A stretch of DNA of 64,000 nucleotides from assembly GCA_031551405.1 (NCBI GenBank), contig JAVBNQ010000004.1:34185-98184 (forward strand), written 5' to 3'. This document shows positions 41,843-52,797 of the stretch, in pieces (position 1 is the first letter of the stretch; every line of letters begins with the position of its first letter). Source of the DNA: a bacterium (GTDB lineage Bacteria; RUG730). Made by a program: the position numbers and the translations under genes. The notes under the pieces were generated by a model. It made no database searches and had not been told where the DNA came from. It worked only from the letters and a program-made list of their open reading frames with translations.

Positions 41843-42553
41843 TTAGCTTTTAACTAAAGTTCCGACTTTTTTACCCAAAACCGCGTTCAAAATATTATCT
41901 TTATTTTTCATATTCAAAACTATAATCGGGATTCCTTTTTCTTTAGAAAGCGAAAAAGCCGTTGCATCCATTATTTTCAAATTCTTCATCACAGCTTCGT
42001 CGTAATTAATCGAATCGTATTTCACGGCGCTTAAATTTTTGATAGGATCATCGCTATAAACTCCGTCGACTTTCGTAGCTTTCAAAATCACGTCAGCTTC
42101 AATTTCTGCTGCTCGCAAAACTGCTGCTGTATCCGTCGTAAAAAATGGATTCCCGGTCCCACAAGCAAAAATCACTACACGACCTTTTTCCAAATGACGA
42201 ATAGCTTTTCTTCTGATGAAAGGTTCTGCGACTTTTTGCATTTCAATCGCACTTTGAACTCTAGTCGGAATACCGCGAGATTCAAGAGCACTTTGCAAAG
42301 CCAAAGAGTTGATTAAAGTTGCAAGCATACCCATGTAATCTGAAGTCACACGTCCAATTTCATTGCCAAAACTTCCTCTCCAAATATTTCCGCCGCCAAT
42401 TACTATCGCAATTTCAATTGACAGAGCATTCAAAGATTTTATTTGATCTGCCAAAATATCAATGATTTCAGAATTTGTGTCTACAGCCTGATTGCCAGAC
42501 AAAGATTCCCCACTGATTTTTATTAAGACGCGTTTGTACTTAGCAGCTTCCAA
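41843..42553 (-). CDS. pyrH: Uridylate kinase
   Basis: …RVLIKISGE… amino-acid kinase fold, 236 aa. Confidence 0.9.
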   Translation of the reverse strand: MEAAKYKRVLIKISGESLSGNQAVDTNSEIIDILADQIKSLNALSIEIAIVIGGGNIWRGSFGNEIGRVTSDYMGMLATLINSLALQSALESRGIPTRVQSAIEMQKVAEPFIRRKAIRHLEKGRVVIFACGTGNPFFTTDTAAVLRAAEIEADVILKATKVDGVYSDDPIKNLSAVKYDSINYDEAVMKNLKIMDATAFSLSKEKGIPIIVLNMKNKDNILNAVLGKKVGTLVKS

Positions 42554-42554
42554 T

Positions 42555-43151
42555 CTAATTTTCTCCTAGCTGAAATCTTACAAAACGTTTTATTACAATT
42601 TTTTCGCCAATTTTTATTGTGAAATCGTTGAGCATATCTTTTATTTTTACGCTGGAATCTTTAACTGAAACTTGGTCTAACAAACAAACTTCAGAATAAT
42701 ATTTTTCAAGTTTTCCAGGTAAAATTTTATCGATAATATTTGTTGGTTTCCCTTCCGCTTCAAGTTGTTTTCTAGTGATTTCTGATTCCTGCTTAATTTT
42801 TTCTTCCGGCACTTCGTCTTTGGAAATATAAATAGGATTTGCAGCTGCAATCTGCATAGCAAATTCTTTCACTAAATTCATAAAATCATCTGTTCTCGCA
42901 ACAAAATCCGTCTCACAATTTACCTCAACCAATACACCGAGCTTATTTCCAGGATGAATGTATGAAATAATCAATCCTTCTTTTGCCTCTTTGTCCGCTC
43001 TTTTAGCAGCTTTCGCGATCCCTTTTTCTCTCAAAATCACTATCGCTTTTTCAATATCTCCATTCGCCTCTTCCAAAGCTTTCTTGCAATCTAGCATTCC
43101 AACATTTGTTCTCTCTCGTAAAACTTGTACGTCGCTAGCTTTTATAGTCAT
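42555..43151 (-). CDS. tsf: Elongation factor Ts (short form)
   Basis: …VQVLRERTNVGMLDCKKALEEANGD… UBA-like N-terminus. Confidence 0.85.
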   Translation of the reverse strand: MTIKASDVQVLRERTNVGMLDCKKALEEANGDIEKAIVILREKGIAKAAKRADKEAKEGLIISYIHPGNKLGVLVEVNCETDFVARTDDFMNLVKEFAMQIAAANPIYISKDEVPEEKIKQESEITRKQLEAEGKPTNIIDKILPGKLEKYYSEVCLLDQVSVKDSSVKIKDMLNDFTIKIGEKIVIKRFVRFQLGEN

Positions 43152-43177
43152 TCTCTTTTTCCTCCAAGTAAATTTTG

Positions 43178-43951
43178 TTAAATTTCTTCAGTTGTGATTT
43201 CAACTCCTGAATTATCCAGACTTTCGCTTTCGTCTTTTTTATCCATTTCAAACGACGCGTCTTTTTGTAAAATCTCTTTTCCTTCGACGACAGCATCAGC
43301 CACAATCATAGCAAATAGTTTAATCGCTCGAATCGCATCGTCATTTCCCGGAACAACATAATCCACTTGGTCTGGATCGCAATTTGTATCTACGATGGCA
43401 ACAACAGGTATGTTTAACTTTTTTGCCTCTTGCAAAGCAGTTTTTTCAGTGTCCGGATCGATAATAAACAAAACATCTGGTAATCCCGGCATATCTTTAA
43501 TTCCGGCTAAATTCTTGTTTAATTTTTGATATTCTTTTTCAAGTCTGGCAATCTCTTTTTTGCTGAGCTTACTCCAAGTCGAGCTATTTTTCAACTCTTC
43601 CAAACTTTTTAATCTTTTAATGCTGTTGCTCACTGTCGCGAAATTCGTCATAATTCCGCCGAGCCAACGATTGTTCACATAAAACATTCCGCAACGTTTT
43701 GCTTCATGTTCGATCGGTTCTTGAGCTTGACGCTTGGTTCCTACGAATAAAACGTTTTTACCTTGCGCTACTTCATCGCGAACGTATTGATGCGCAACTT
43801 TTAACGCCTTGACAGTCTTTTGCAAGTCGATGATGTGAATGTTGTTCCGAACGCCAAAAATGTATTTTGACATTTTGGGATTCCATTTTCTTTTTTGATG
43901 TCCAAAGTGAACACCGGCTTCCAACAAATTTTTCATAGTAATATTAGACAT
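43178..43951 (-). CDS. rpsB: 30S ribosomal protein S2
   Basis: …[19 protein letters not shown]…. Confidence 0.9.
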   Translation of the reverse strand: MSNITMKNLLEAGVHFGHQKRKWNPKMSKYIFGVRNNIHIIDLQKTVKALKVAHQYVRDEVAQGKNVLFVGTKRQAQEPIEHEAKRCGMFYVNNRWLGGIMTNFATVSNSIKRLKSLEELKNSSTWSKLSKKEIARLEKEYQKLNKNLAGIKDMPGLPDVLFIIDPDTEKTALQEAKKLNIPVVAIVDTNCDPDQVDYVVPGNDDAIRAIKLFAMIVADAVVEGKEILQKDASFEMDKKDESESLDNSGVEITTEEI

Positions 43952-44128
43952 TACTTTTGTCCTCCTAAATTTGTTTAAAACTCTGGCTATGTCTCCAAAA
44001 TTCTCATGAAATTTTTAGTCTTTCAATATATCCGATTTGCAAATAAATAGCAATAATTTTTTTTTATTTTTCAAATATTAGTGAGAAAAATCAATAAAAA
44101 TTTTTCGTATTTTTAATTAATTTCCAGA

Positions 44129-45100
44129 TTAACCAATGTTAGTTTTTTTTGCCTCGACGTGTTCTGCATATTTGTTTGAGAAAACATGTGAGCCATTATT
44201 TGCTTTGCTTCTCAAAAAAAACATAAAATTTGTAGGTTTTTGATAAATCACCGCTTTTATCGAGTTTAAGCCTGGTGAACAGATCGGCGTTGGCGGCAAA
44301 CCTTTCCGTCTGTAAGTATTATAAACTGAGTCGATATTCAAATCTTTATATAAAAGGCGATATTTTTTCACACCAAAGTCCTTTTTGAAAGCGTAAATGA
44401 CCGTCGCGCAAGATTGCAGTGGATAATGACGAGCGAGCCTATTCTGAAAAACTGACGCGATTAACGGCCGTTCGCGATTTAGCATGGCTTCTTCTTCGAC
44501 AATTGACGCCAGAATTATCGTATCATAAACGGAATTTATCATCAAATTTTTCAACTTGGCTTCCTCGATAATTGGATCAACGTTTTTGAAAAAATTTTGC
44601 TTCATTTCATCTAAAATCTGCTGCTCGCTCAACACCGAACTAAAATAATATGTGTCAGGAAAAAGATATCCTTCGAGTTTTTGATGCTCGATTAATTCCA
44701 AATATTTTTGCTTGCTGCCAAGCTCGCGCGACTCGAGACGTTCCGCGATTTCAAAACTGCTCCAGCCCTCGGGAATCGTCACTTTTATCAACACTTCTTT
44801 TCCGTCGATTAAATTTTTTATGATCTCGTTGTAACTCGAATTAAGGCTAAACTCAAAAATTCCAGGTTTAAGCATTTTTTCTGCATTCTTTAGCTTGACA
44901 AAAAGCAGAAATAATTTTGGATGATTGATGAGTTTTTTGTCTTTTAAAAGTTCCGCGATTTTGTGAGATGACATTCCGGGCTTAATTTTTACGATAATTT
45001 TGTCAGTGTTGTCGTGAGTATTTTTATTCTCAATAAATCTACATGCCTGAAAAAAACAAATAAGCGTAATAAAAACACAAACTTTTATTCTCTTTAACAT
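44129..45100 (-). CDS. mltG: Endolytic murein transglycosylase MltG (YceG-like)
   Basis: N-terminal TM anchor, YceG-like domain, 323 aa. Confidence 0.75.
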   Translation of the reverse strand: MLKRIKVCVFITLICFFQACRFIENKNTHDNTDKIIVKIKPGMSSHKIAELLKDKKLINHPKLFLLFVKLKNAEKMLKPGIFEFSLNSSYNEIIKNLIDGKEVLIKVTIPEGWSSFEIAERLESRELGSKQKYLELIEHQKLEGYLFPDTYYFSSVLSEQQILDEMKQNFFKNVDPIIEEAKLKNLMINSVYDTIILASIVEEEAMLNRERPLIASVFQNRLARHYPLQSCATVIYAFKKDFGVKKYRLLYKDLNIDSVYNTYRRKGLPPTPICSPGLNSIKAVIYQKPTNFMFFLRSKANNGSHVFSNKYAEHVEAKKTNIG

Positions 45101-45118
45101 AAATCCTCGTAAGTCGTC

Positions 45119-45523
45119 TTAACTTTTCCTCAAATATTCCTGTAAAATAATTTCGGCAGCATATTTATCAATTTCGGACTTGTATTTTTTGATGGGAATA
45201 TTAAGTTCTCGCATTTTGTCTTGAACGTCGCGAGTCGTCATCGCTTCTTCAAAAAACTCAATAATGTCACCGAATTCTTGCCTCAAATGCTCCGCAACTT
45301 CAACTGCTTTTACTCCCACTTCTCCTAGAGAACCATCTGATCTTTTTGCAATACCGACGACAATTCTGTCAATCTTGTACATTTCAACCAAAACTCTCAG
45401 CTCTCTTCTCAACTCGCCTTCATTTGCAACGACTTTAAGCCCTCGCGCCAAAGTTTTGGTTTCGTCGCTGATTGCGATTCCTGTACGACTCAAGCCATAA
45501 TCTATTGCAATAACTCTAGACAT
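45119..45523 (-). CDS. ruvX: Putative pre-16S rRNA nuclease / Holliday junction resolvase-like YqgF
   Basis: MSRVIAIDYGLSRTGIAISDE…. Confidence 0.85.
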   Translation of the reverse strand: MSRVIAIDYGLSRTGIAISDETKTLARGLKVVANEGELRRELRVLVEMYKIDRIVVGIAKRSDGSLGEVGVKAVEVAEHLRQEFGDIIEFFEEAMTTRDVQDKMRELNIPIKKYKSEIDKYAAEIILQEYLRKS

Positions 45524-45537
45524 TCTTTCCTTCTTTT

Positions 45538-46842
45538 TTAATTGTCATCTGTCTCAGTTTCGCTCAAATCAATATTATTTAAAACCTTTAAAACAACTTT
45601 TTTCACGACACGCCGATCGACTTCTTTTATCCAAAAAACTATATTTTTATAACGAATAATTTCGCCTTTTTTTGGAATTTTACCGGACACAAAAGATATA
45701 AATCCGGATAAAGTTCTCACTTCATCGGGACAATTTTTTTCCAAATTCAAATGCAATTTATCGTCGAGAAAATCAAGTTCAATGTCTCCATTTACTAAAA
45801 ACGCCCCTTGTTTATGCTTCAGAATTGATAGCTCGAGCACATCGTATTCGTCCAAAATATTTCCAAAAATCTCCTCTAAAATATCCTCAATCGTTAGCAT
45901 TCCTTGAACCGAGCCGTACTCGTCGACGACTACTGCCAAATGATAATGTCCAACTTTAAATTCTTCCAAAAGTTTCCGCACTTTTTTCGTTGGAGGGATG
46001 AAATACGCTGGCCTCAACATATCTTTTAAAATCACCAAATCCCGATTTTCCTTGAGAACCAATAAATCTTTTGCATATAAAAGCCCGACGATATTATCGA
46101 TTTCGCCTTCATAAATCGGAATTCTTGAATGTTTCCAAAGCTTCACTTTTTCGAGCACTGATTCGATATTTTCATTTAGCGTGATACAATCCATCTTCGA
46201 TTTTGGCATCATGATCGATCCTGCTGTCAACTCGTCAAAAGCCATCATGGATTCAATCAGTTCTTTCTCAGTTTCGTCGATACTGCCTTCGTGTTCGACC
46301 AAATCTAAAATCTCGTTTATATCCTGCTCTCTCAGATTTTTTTTCATAAATATTTTGAATCCGAAAACGCCGGAAATCCAAATCATAGTTTTGTTGAAAA
46401 TATTATTAATTGGCGTCATAATGTCCCAGAAAAATAGGACAAATTTAATGGTTTTCAAAAAAAATAATGTCGGATAATTTCGTGCTATAATTTTCGGGAA
46501 CGTCTCTCCAAATAAAAAAACCAGCATTATAGCTGTAATCGACGATAAAGTGAGTAAAAAATTTTGAGAAACACCTAAACTTTCGCTCAAATTAATCGCC
46601 AAATTTACACTAATTAACGAGATTGCAACAGTACAAATATTCGTACATATGACTAAAAAATTCAAAATACGCCAAGGTTTAATTTTCCATAACTTCAAAA
46701 TTTTAGCAGATTTTTCGTCAATAGGCAGATCCTCTATATTTGATTCTAATTCTATCGAAGCCAGTGCAGTTTCTATTCCTGAAAAAATAAAATCTGTAGC
46801 TAAAAAAAATATTATCAAAAAAATTTGAGGAAAAGGCATCAT
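45538..46842 (-). CDS. CNNM/TlyC-family protein (DUF21 TM + CBS pair + CorC_HlyC)
   Basis: 4 TM N-term, tandem CBS, C-terminal transporter-associated domain. Confidence 0.7.
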   Translation of the reverse strand: MMPFPQIFLIIFFLATDFIFSGIETALASIELESNIEDLPIDEKSAKILKLWKIKPWRILNFLVICTNICTVAISLISVNLAINLSESLGVSQNFLLTLSSITAIMLVFLFGETFPKIIARNYPTLFFLKTIKFVLFFWDIMTPINNIFNKTMIWISGVFGFKIFMKKNLREQDINEILDLVEHEGSIDETEKELIESMMAFDELTAGSIMMPKSKMDCITLNENIESVLEKVKLWKHSRIPIYEGEIDNIVGLLYAKDLLVLKENRDLVILKDMLRPAYFIPPTKKVRKLLEEFKVGHYHLAVVVDEYGSVQGMLTIEDILEEIFGNILDEYDVLELSILKHKQGAFLVNGDIELDFLDDKLHLNLEKNCPDEVRTLSGFISFVSGKIPKKGEIIRYKNIVFWIKEVDRRVVKKVVLKVLNNIDLSETETDDN

Positions 46843-47825
46843 ATTTTTTTCCTCTTTACGTCGTATTCATCAAAAATTTCACCAATAATTTCTTCCAAAA
46901 TATCTTCCATTGTAATCAAGCCTACTACTTCACTATTCTCGCGAACAATTGCCATATGTTTCCTGTTCTTTTGAAAATACTTAAAAACATCTTTCAATTT
47001 ATCGTTTGACTCGACGTAAACTACATTGCGTAAAATTTTTGATAGATCAAGCTCCTTATCGTCAAAAACAAAAGCCGCCAAATCCTTTGCATACAACAAT
47101 CCGACGATATTGTGAATTTCTCCTTTAAATACAGGGATTCTCGACCGACCGATCTCGTAAGCTTTTTCAATAAAGTTTTTAGTCGTTATATCGATGGAAC
47201 AAATTTTTTCCAGCGGAACCATTATGTCTCTGACCTTTTGTGTTCGCAAATCTAGATAAGAATGTATGATATCCTCAGAATCTTCCTCTATTACTCCTTG
47301 TTCCTCGATATAATCCACAAAACTATGCATGTCTGCCATAGTCAATTTTGTATCATGAATTTTATTTTTTTTAGAAAATTTTTTATCGAAAATGTCGAAT
47401 ATAAAAACGACCGGCGATAAAATTTTAAGAGAGATGATGAGCGGTTTGTAGAGATAGCGGATAAGTAGATTAGCGTTCAATCTTCCAAGATTTTTAGGTA
47501 TAATCTCACAAAAAACAAGAATAATATACGTCGCTGTAATGAATGAAAAAATATTTGAAATAAAAGGACTAATTTTAAGGAAACTAAATTTTTTAAGAAT
47601 ATAAATGCTGTAAATAGCACTGAATCCAATATTGCTTATATTATTTCCTGCTAACAGTCCGACAATAAAGCGTCCAGGATTTTTTAGCCAAAGCAGTAAT
47701 TTTTTGTACCTAGGATCATGCACGAGAGTTTTTAATTCAAATTTTGATAACGATAAAAGTGTCATTTCCGCGCATGCAAAAAATGCGCCGCAAAGGAGAA
47801 AAAAATAAATTAATATTAACTTCAA
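46839..47825 (-). CDS. DUF21-CBS membrane protein (CNNM-family paralogue, truncated C-terminus)
   Basis: Same architecture minus CorC domain; 4-nt overlap with downstream paralogue. Confidence 0.65.
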   Translation of the reverse strand: MKLILIYFFLLCGAFFACAEMTLLSLSKFELKTLVHDPRYKKLLLWLKNPGRFIVGLLAGNNISNIGFSAIYSIYILKKFSFLKISPFISNIFSFITATYIILVFCEIIPKNLGRLNANLLIRYLYKPLIISLKILSPVVFIFDIFDKKFSKKNKIHDTKLTMADMHSFVDYIEEQGVIEEDSEDIIHSYLDLRTQKVRDIMVPLEKICSIDITTKNFIEKAYEIGRSRIPVFKGEIHNIVGLLYAKDLAAFVFDDKELDLSKILRNVVYVESNDKLKDVFKYFQKNRKHMAIVRENSEVVGLITMEDILEEIIGEIFDEYDVKRKKI

Positions 47826-48042
47826 ACTTGCCTCATTTAGAATAAATTTGTGGGAATTCGTCTTAAATAAAGTTAAAATATTACAAGATTTCCAGAAAAA
47901 AATAAACTGCTTTTTTTATTTTTTCGTTTTCAATTAGATAGCATCCTGGAGTTTTCAAATTTTCTATTTTGATTTATGACGGAAAATGCAAATCATAAAC
48001 TGTGTAAAAAAACACCTTGGCGCGATAATAAAAAATTTATAT

Positions 48043-48071
48043 TTGACATACAATAAAGAAATCATTAAAAT
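48043..48071 (+). promoter_or_regulatory. Sigma70-like promoter candidate for rpmE (TTGACA-17-TAAAAT)
   Basis: Motifs read directly; ~60 nt upstream of rpmE ATG; RBS aaaggtgg at 48121. Confidence 0.4.
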
Positions 48072-48133
48072 GAAAAACTAAAATTTTAAATACTACGATT
48101 CTTGCATTGACAGGAATACAAAAGGTGGAAAAA

Positions 48134-48349
48134 ATGAAAAAAGGTATACATCCAAAATATGAGGAAACAACTGTCTCTTGCGCTTGTGGATTCTCGTTCA
48201 AGACAAAGTCTACAAAACCTACGATAAAAGTTGAAATCTGTTCAAATTGTCATCCGTTTTTCACGGGAGAACAGAGATTTGTAGATACTGCAGGTCGAGT
48301 CGATAAATTCAAAAAGAAATACGGTTCTTACCAAAAAACTACAAAATAA
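48134..48349 (+). CDS. rpmE: 50S ribosomal protein L31
   Basis: [19 protein letters not shown]…C..C zinc ribbon; true ATG at 48134 (track start 48107 is an upstream alternative). Confidence 0.85.
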   Translation: MKKGIHPKYEETTVSCACGFSFKTKSTKPTIKVEICSNCHPFFTGEQRFVDTAGRVDKFKKKYGSYQKTTK

Positions 48350-48372
48350 ATTTAATGAGTTAATACTTTTTC

Positions 48373-49323
48373 GTGATAATTACAGGAGACAAAATCTTGA
48401 AAAAAATATTGATCGGCGGCCAAGCTGTGATCGAAGGCGTCGTAATGAGAAGTCCGAGATATTATTCAATTGCTATTAGACGCAAGTCCGGCGATATTGA
48501 AATCAAAATAGAAAAATTTGAAAGTATTGTTTCGAAATATAAAATTTTGGCAAAACCGTTTTTACGAGGTATTGTTGCTCTCGTTGAAACTATGATTTTT
48601 GGCTTTAAAACATTATCGTATTCAGCAGAAATTTACTCTCTTGATTACGAAGAAAATAAAGTGGAAAAAAAAACTCCCAAAAAAGAAAAAAATCATAATT
48701 TTGAGATGACGATTTCACTCGTAATTTCATTTGCATTTGGAATTTTTTTATTTGTTTTATTGCCACTCTGGTTCACGAATATCATAAAATCCAATTTTGT
48801 AAGCGCACAGAATCATTTGATTTTCAATTTAATCGATGGAATATTGCGACTAATTATTTTTCTGCTTTACATTGTTGTGATCTCATTTTTTAAAGATGTA
48901 AAACGCGTTTTCGAATATCACGGAGCTGAGCATAAAACAGTTTTTGCCTTTGAAAATAACGACGAACTCAGCGTTGAAAATGCAAAAAAATATTCGACAC
49001 TTCATCCTCGCTGCGGAACAAACTTTATGTTCATCGTTATAATTCTCAGCATATTTTTGATCTCAATTTTCAAAGTCGAAACTTTTTATCTAAAATTTTT
49101 ATTACGTCTTCTAATTTTACCAATCATCGCATCGATCTCGTATGAAATTATCCGCTTTTTAAGCAACAATTTTCATAAAAAATGGACGAAAATATTTTTT
49201 TCACCTGGACTTTTGCTCCAAAAATTCACGACGAAAGAACCGGATGACAAGCAGCTTGAAATCGCAATTGCCGCTCTAAAATCCGTGATGGAAAAAGAAA
49301 ACGAAGAGGCTTCTAAAATTTAA
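48373..49323 (+). CDS. DUF1385-family membrane-associated protein
   Basis: …IGGQAVIEGVVMRSP… N-terminus typical of DUF1385; frequent neighbour of prfA. Confidence 0.55.
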   Translation: MIITGDKILKKILIGGQAVIEGVVMRSPRYYSIAIRRKSGDIEIKIEKFESIVSKYKILAKPFLRGIVALVETMIFGFKTLSYSAEIYSLDYEENKVEKKTPKKEKNHNFEMTISLVISFAFGIFLFVLLPLWFTNIIKSNFVSAQNHLIFNLIDGILRLIIFLLYIVVISFFKDVKRVFEYHGAEHKTVFAFENNDELSVENAKKYSTLHPRCGTNFMFIVIILSIFLISIFKVETFYLKFLLRLLILPIIASISYEIIRFLSNNFHKKWTKIFFSPGLLLQKFTTKEPDDKQLEIAIAALKSVMEKENEEASKI

Positions 49324-49332
49324 GGATTTTTT

Positions 49333-50391
49333 ATGTTTGAAAAATTGAATAAACTTGAGGCAAGACTTGTCGAATTAGAACAGCTTATGCTTGATCCAAA
49401 TATCGTCAGTGACTTGGATCTCTTAAAAAAATACTCGAAAGAACACTCGGATTATAAAGAAAAAGTCGAAAAGTATCGTCAATACAAAAAAATTGTTGCT
49501 GAACTAGAAGGAATACTTGACTCAAAAAAATCAGAGCAAGATCCTGAAATGTTGGAATTGTTGCTTGAAGAGGAAACGCTTCTGTTTTCTAAAAAAAATG
49601 ATTTAGAAGAAGAACTGCGTATTTTGCTTCTCCCAAAACATCCACTTGCTAACAAAAATACAATTGTCGAAATCAGAGCTGGCACTGGCGGTGAAGAAGC
49701 TGCTCTTTTCGCAGGCGCCTTATTCAGGATGTATTCTCGCCTTGCGGAAAAAAAAGACTGGAAAGTAGAACTTATTGACTCAAATCCAACTGAGCTTGGC
49801 GGTTTTAAAGAAGTAATTTTTCAGGTGACTGGATACGAAGTTTACAACTTTTTGAGATTTGAAAGCGGTGGGCACAGAGTTCAGAGAGTGCCGGACACAG
49901 AGGCTAGCGGAAGAGTGCATACTTCGGCGGTCACAGTTGCGGTTTTACCGGAAGCTGATGACGTCGACGTTGAGATTAAACAAGAAGATTTGCGAATTGA
50001 TACGTTTTGTTCATCAGGAAAAGGCGGTCAAAGCGTAAATACAACTTACTCGGCTGTGAGGATCACACATTTGCCGACCGGACTTGTAGTTTCTTGTCAG
50101 GACGAAAGATCGCAGCTCAAAAACAAAAACAAAGCCATGAAAGTTTTGAGAGCCCGGCTACTAGATCTAGAAATCCAAAAACAAAACGAAGAACTTTCTG
50201 CAAATCGAAAACAGCAAGTTGGTTCAGGTGATAGAAGCGAAAAAATCAGAACATACAATTATCCACAAGACAGAATTACCGATCACAGAATAGGTTTTAC
50301 GAGACATAATTTGCCGGCTTTTTTAGATGGAGATATGGACGATTTGTTTGAGGCTTTAATAGAGGATTATCAAAAAGAATTGTTAAAATAA
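49333..50391 (+). CDS. prfA: Peptide chain release factor 1
   Basis: GGQ motif (…[12 protein letters not shown]…), PxT-type region, 352 aa. Confidence 0.9.
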   Translation: MFEKLNKLEARLVELEQLMLDPNIVSDLDLLKKYSKEHSDYKEKVEKYRQYKKIVAELEGILDSKKSEQDPEMLELLLEEETLLFSKKNDLEEELRILLLPKHPLANKNTIVEIRAGTGGEEAALFAGALFRMYSRLAEKKDWKVELIDSNPTELGGFKEVIFQVTGYEVYNFLRFESGGHRVQRVPDTEASGRVHTSAVTVAVLPEADDVDVEIKQEDLRIDTFCSSGKGGQSVNTTYSAVRITHLPTGLVVSCQDERSQLKNKNKAMKVLRARLLDLEIQKQNEELSANRKQQVGSGDRSEKIRTYNYPQDRITDHRIGFTRHNLPAFLDGDMDDLFEALIEDYQKELLK

Positions 50392-50541
50392 AATTTTTAT
50401 GCATAAATTCTTTGTTTTTCTATCATTATATGGCACCATCGTGAAAAGATTGGATATAAAAATCAAAAACGATTATTTTAAAAAAAAATCGGCTGAAAAA
50501 CAATTTTTAAATTTTTTTTAGCTGAAAAATTAGGAGGAAAA

Positions 50542-51138
50542 GTGAAAAAATATTTAATCTTATTGCTCAGTTTCTTTTTTATCGTAGGATGCGCAAAATC
50601 TGTAAAAATTTCAAGAATGGAAAGCAATGAAATGGTCGACATAAGTGGCGACTGGAACGATTCTGACTCTCAAATAACTTCTCAATCAATGATTAACGAA
50701 TGTCTTGGAAGCTATTGGCGAGAAGAGTTCGCTGCAAAAAATGCAAGAAAACCTGTTGTAATTGTTGGCACCGTCGTTAACCGAGCTGAAGAACACATAA
50801 ATGTTCAAACTATCACAAAAGATTTAGAAAACGCGCTCATCAATTCAGGACGAATTACTTTTGTAGCTGCTAAGGGCGAAAGAGAAGAATTACGAGATGA
50901 AAAGCAGGATCAAGCCACTCATTCAAGTGCCCAAACAAAAAAAGAAATGGACCAAGAAACAGGCGCAGATTTCATGTTAAAAGGGCAAATAAATACGATT
51001 TTTGATACTCTTGAAGGAAAATCTTTAAAATATTATCAAGTCGAGCTTGAGCTCATAAATCTTAAAACGCATGAAAAAACTTGGATGGGCCAGAAAAAAA
51101 TTAAAAAATTAGTCGAAAAGAAAAAATATAAAGCATAA
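50542..51138 (+). CDS. Lipoprotein resembling penicillin-binding-protein activator LpoB
   Basis: Lipobox IVGC; core …VVIVGTVVNRAEEHINVQTITKDLENALINSGRITFV… aligns with LpoB fold pattern; GTG start after AGGAGG. Confidence 0.45.
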   Translation: MKKYLILLLSFFFIVGCAKSVKISRMESNEMVDISGDWNDSDSQITSQSMINECLGSYWREEFAAKNARKPVVIVGTVVNRAEEHINVQTITKDLENALINSGRITFVAAKGEREELRDEKQDQATHSSAQTKKEMDQETGADFMLKGQINTIFDTLEGKSLKYYQVELELINLKTHEKTWMGQKKIKKLVEKKKYKA

Positions 51139-51179
51139 CTTTAATCTTCAACTTGAAAATTTTAGCTATTACCAAATTA

Positions 51180-51225
51180 AAAATACATCCGATTTTGCAA
51201 AATTTCGGGTGTATTTTGTTTTTTT
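51180..51225 (+). terminator. Rho-independent terminator after LpoB-like gene
   Basis: aaaatacatccg…cgggtgtatttt 12-bp stem (one G·U) + 14-nt loop, then TTTTTTT. Confidence 0.6.
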
Positions 51226-51238
51226 ATAAATTTACAAA

Positions 51239-52303
51239 ATGAAATTTGACAAAAAAATAATAGGATTCACGAGTACAATTCCCGTAGAAATAATTTTTGC
51301 GGCAAACAAAATTCCACTTGATTTGAATAACATTTTTATATCCTCCGAAAACCCGAACGAGTTTATCAATACAAGCGAACTGGAAGGATTTCCTAGGAAT
51401 TTCTGCGCTTGGACAAAAGGACTTTACGGCGTCATAAAAAAATATGAGGATAAAATAGAAAAAATCATTGCAGTTGTCGAGGGAGATTGCAGCAGCAATA
51501 AAACTTTGTTTGAAGTCATAAAAAACGTAAATTTATCAAAAAATTTTGAACTCTTGTATTTTTCGTATTCTTACAAAAAAACTCTTGAGGAATTATTAAA
51601 AAATATTATCGATCTAATGGAAATTTTTAACGTCACTTGGCAAGATATAATTTCCGTACACAAAAAATTATTCAATATTCGAAAAAAACTTTTTTATTTA
51701 GACGAGATAGCTTACAAAAACCTAGGCATCAAAAATATTGATTTACATCTTTGGCAAATTTCAAGCTCTGATTTTTCGAGTGACTACAAAATATTCGAAA
51801 AAAACTTGGATGAGTTTTTAGGAAATTCGAATTTTATATCGGGGAAAAACCCTGAAAAAATCCTTAAACTTGGCTTAATTGGTGTACCGACAATTATACC
51901 TGAGTTTTACAATTTTCTTGACTCGCTCGGCGTAAAAGTCATTTTCAATGAAACCGCTCGAGAATTCACTTTTACGAAAAATTTTGACTTTAATTATGAA
52001 AATCAAGACGAATTTATAAAAAAATATTTGCAACAATATTTGGATTACACTTATCCTTATGACATCGAGTTTAGAATCCAAAATATTAAACAAGAAATTG
52101 AAAAACGAAAGCTCGACGGCTTGGTTCATTATGTTCAAAGTTTTTGCCACAAGCAAGTCGATGACATCTCGTTTAGAAAAAAAATTGATATTCCGATACT
52201 GACTATCGAAGAAGATAGACCAGGATTCTTGAGTGAGCGAACAAAAATAAGACTCGAGTCTTTTGCGACTGTTCTGCAAGAGAAAAAGCTCAATAACAAA
52301 TAA
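51239..52303 (+). CDS. 2-hydroxyacyl-CoA dehydratase/benzoyl-CoA reductase subunit-like protein (HgdB/BcrB/DUF2229-like; N-terminal cluster Cys absent)
   Basis: N-terminal …IGFTSTIPVEIIFAANKIP… matches the x-G-x-x-C-x-x-x-P-x-E-I-I-x-A-x-G signature of this superfamily with Thr/Ser in place of Cys; 3 other Cys present. Confidence 0.35.
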   Translation: MKFDKKIIGFTSTIPVEIIFAANKIPLDLNNIFISSENPNEFINTSELEGFPRNFCAWTKGLYGVIKKYEDKIEKIIAVVEGDCSSNKTLFEVIKNVNLSKNFELLYFSYSYKKTLEELLKNIIDLMEIFNVTWQDIISVHKKLFNIRKKLFYLDEIAYKNLGIKNIDLHLWQISSSDFSSDYKIFEKNLDEFLGNSNFISGKNPEKILKLGLIGVPTIIPEFYNFLDSLGVKVIFNETAREFTFTKNFDFNYENQDEFIKKYLQQYLDYTYPYDIEFRIQNIKQEIEKRKLDGLVHYVQSFCHKQVDDISFRKKIDIPILTIEEDRPGFLSERTKIRLESFATVLQEKKLNNK

Positions 52304-52351
52304 TTCGCCTCAAGAAAAGGCGATTAATCTCTAGTAAAAATTGGAGTTTTT

Positions 52352-52774
52352 ATGGACGTAAAAAGAATAGAAAATCTTTTTGAACTTGTAAAGAACACGG
52401 ATATTAGAGAACTTTGCTGGGAACGCGAGGCTGTGAAACTTCGAATAAAACGCACAAATCCCACGCAAGCTTTAACACAAGACTTTCAAACGCAAAATTC
52501 TAGCAATGTTGTCGATTCAAATCCTGACAACATGAAGGAATCCGTGACTTCAAAATTTGTAGGAACGTTTGTAAGCTTGTCGACAAAAGGAAAGAAAGAA
52601 GATGTAAAAGTTGGCGACAGAGTTACAAAAGGACAAATTTTAGGCTACGTCGAAGCAATGCGAATTTTCAAAGAAGTTGTATCGGATTTCGAAGGAATTG
52701 TTTCTGAAATTCACACAAAAGATGGGCTTCCGGTTGAATATGGACAAGAACTTTTTGCAATAGAAATTAAATAA
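52352..52774 (+). CDS. AccB-like biotin carboxyl carrier protein homologue with Lys→Arg at biotinylation site (EAMRIF instead of EAMKM)
   Basis: N-terminus MDVKRIENLFELVKNTDIRELCWEREAVKLRI resembles AccB [25 protein letters not shown]…; C-terminal biotinyl-domain fold …VKVGDRVTKGQILGYVEAMRIFKEV…. Confidence 0.55.
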   Translation: MDVKRIENLFELVKNTDIRELCWEREAVKLRIKRTNPTQALTQDFQTQNSSNVVDSNPDNMKESVTSKFVGTFVSLSTKGKKEDVKVGDRVTKGQILGYVEAMRIFKEVVSDFEGIVSEIHTKDGLPVEYGQELFAIEIK

Positions 52775-52797
52775 AATTTAAAGTCGAGAAATAACAA

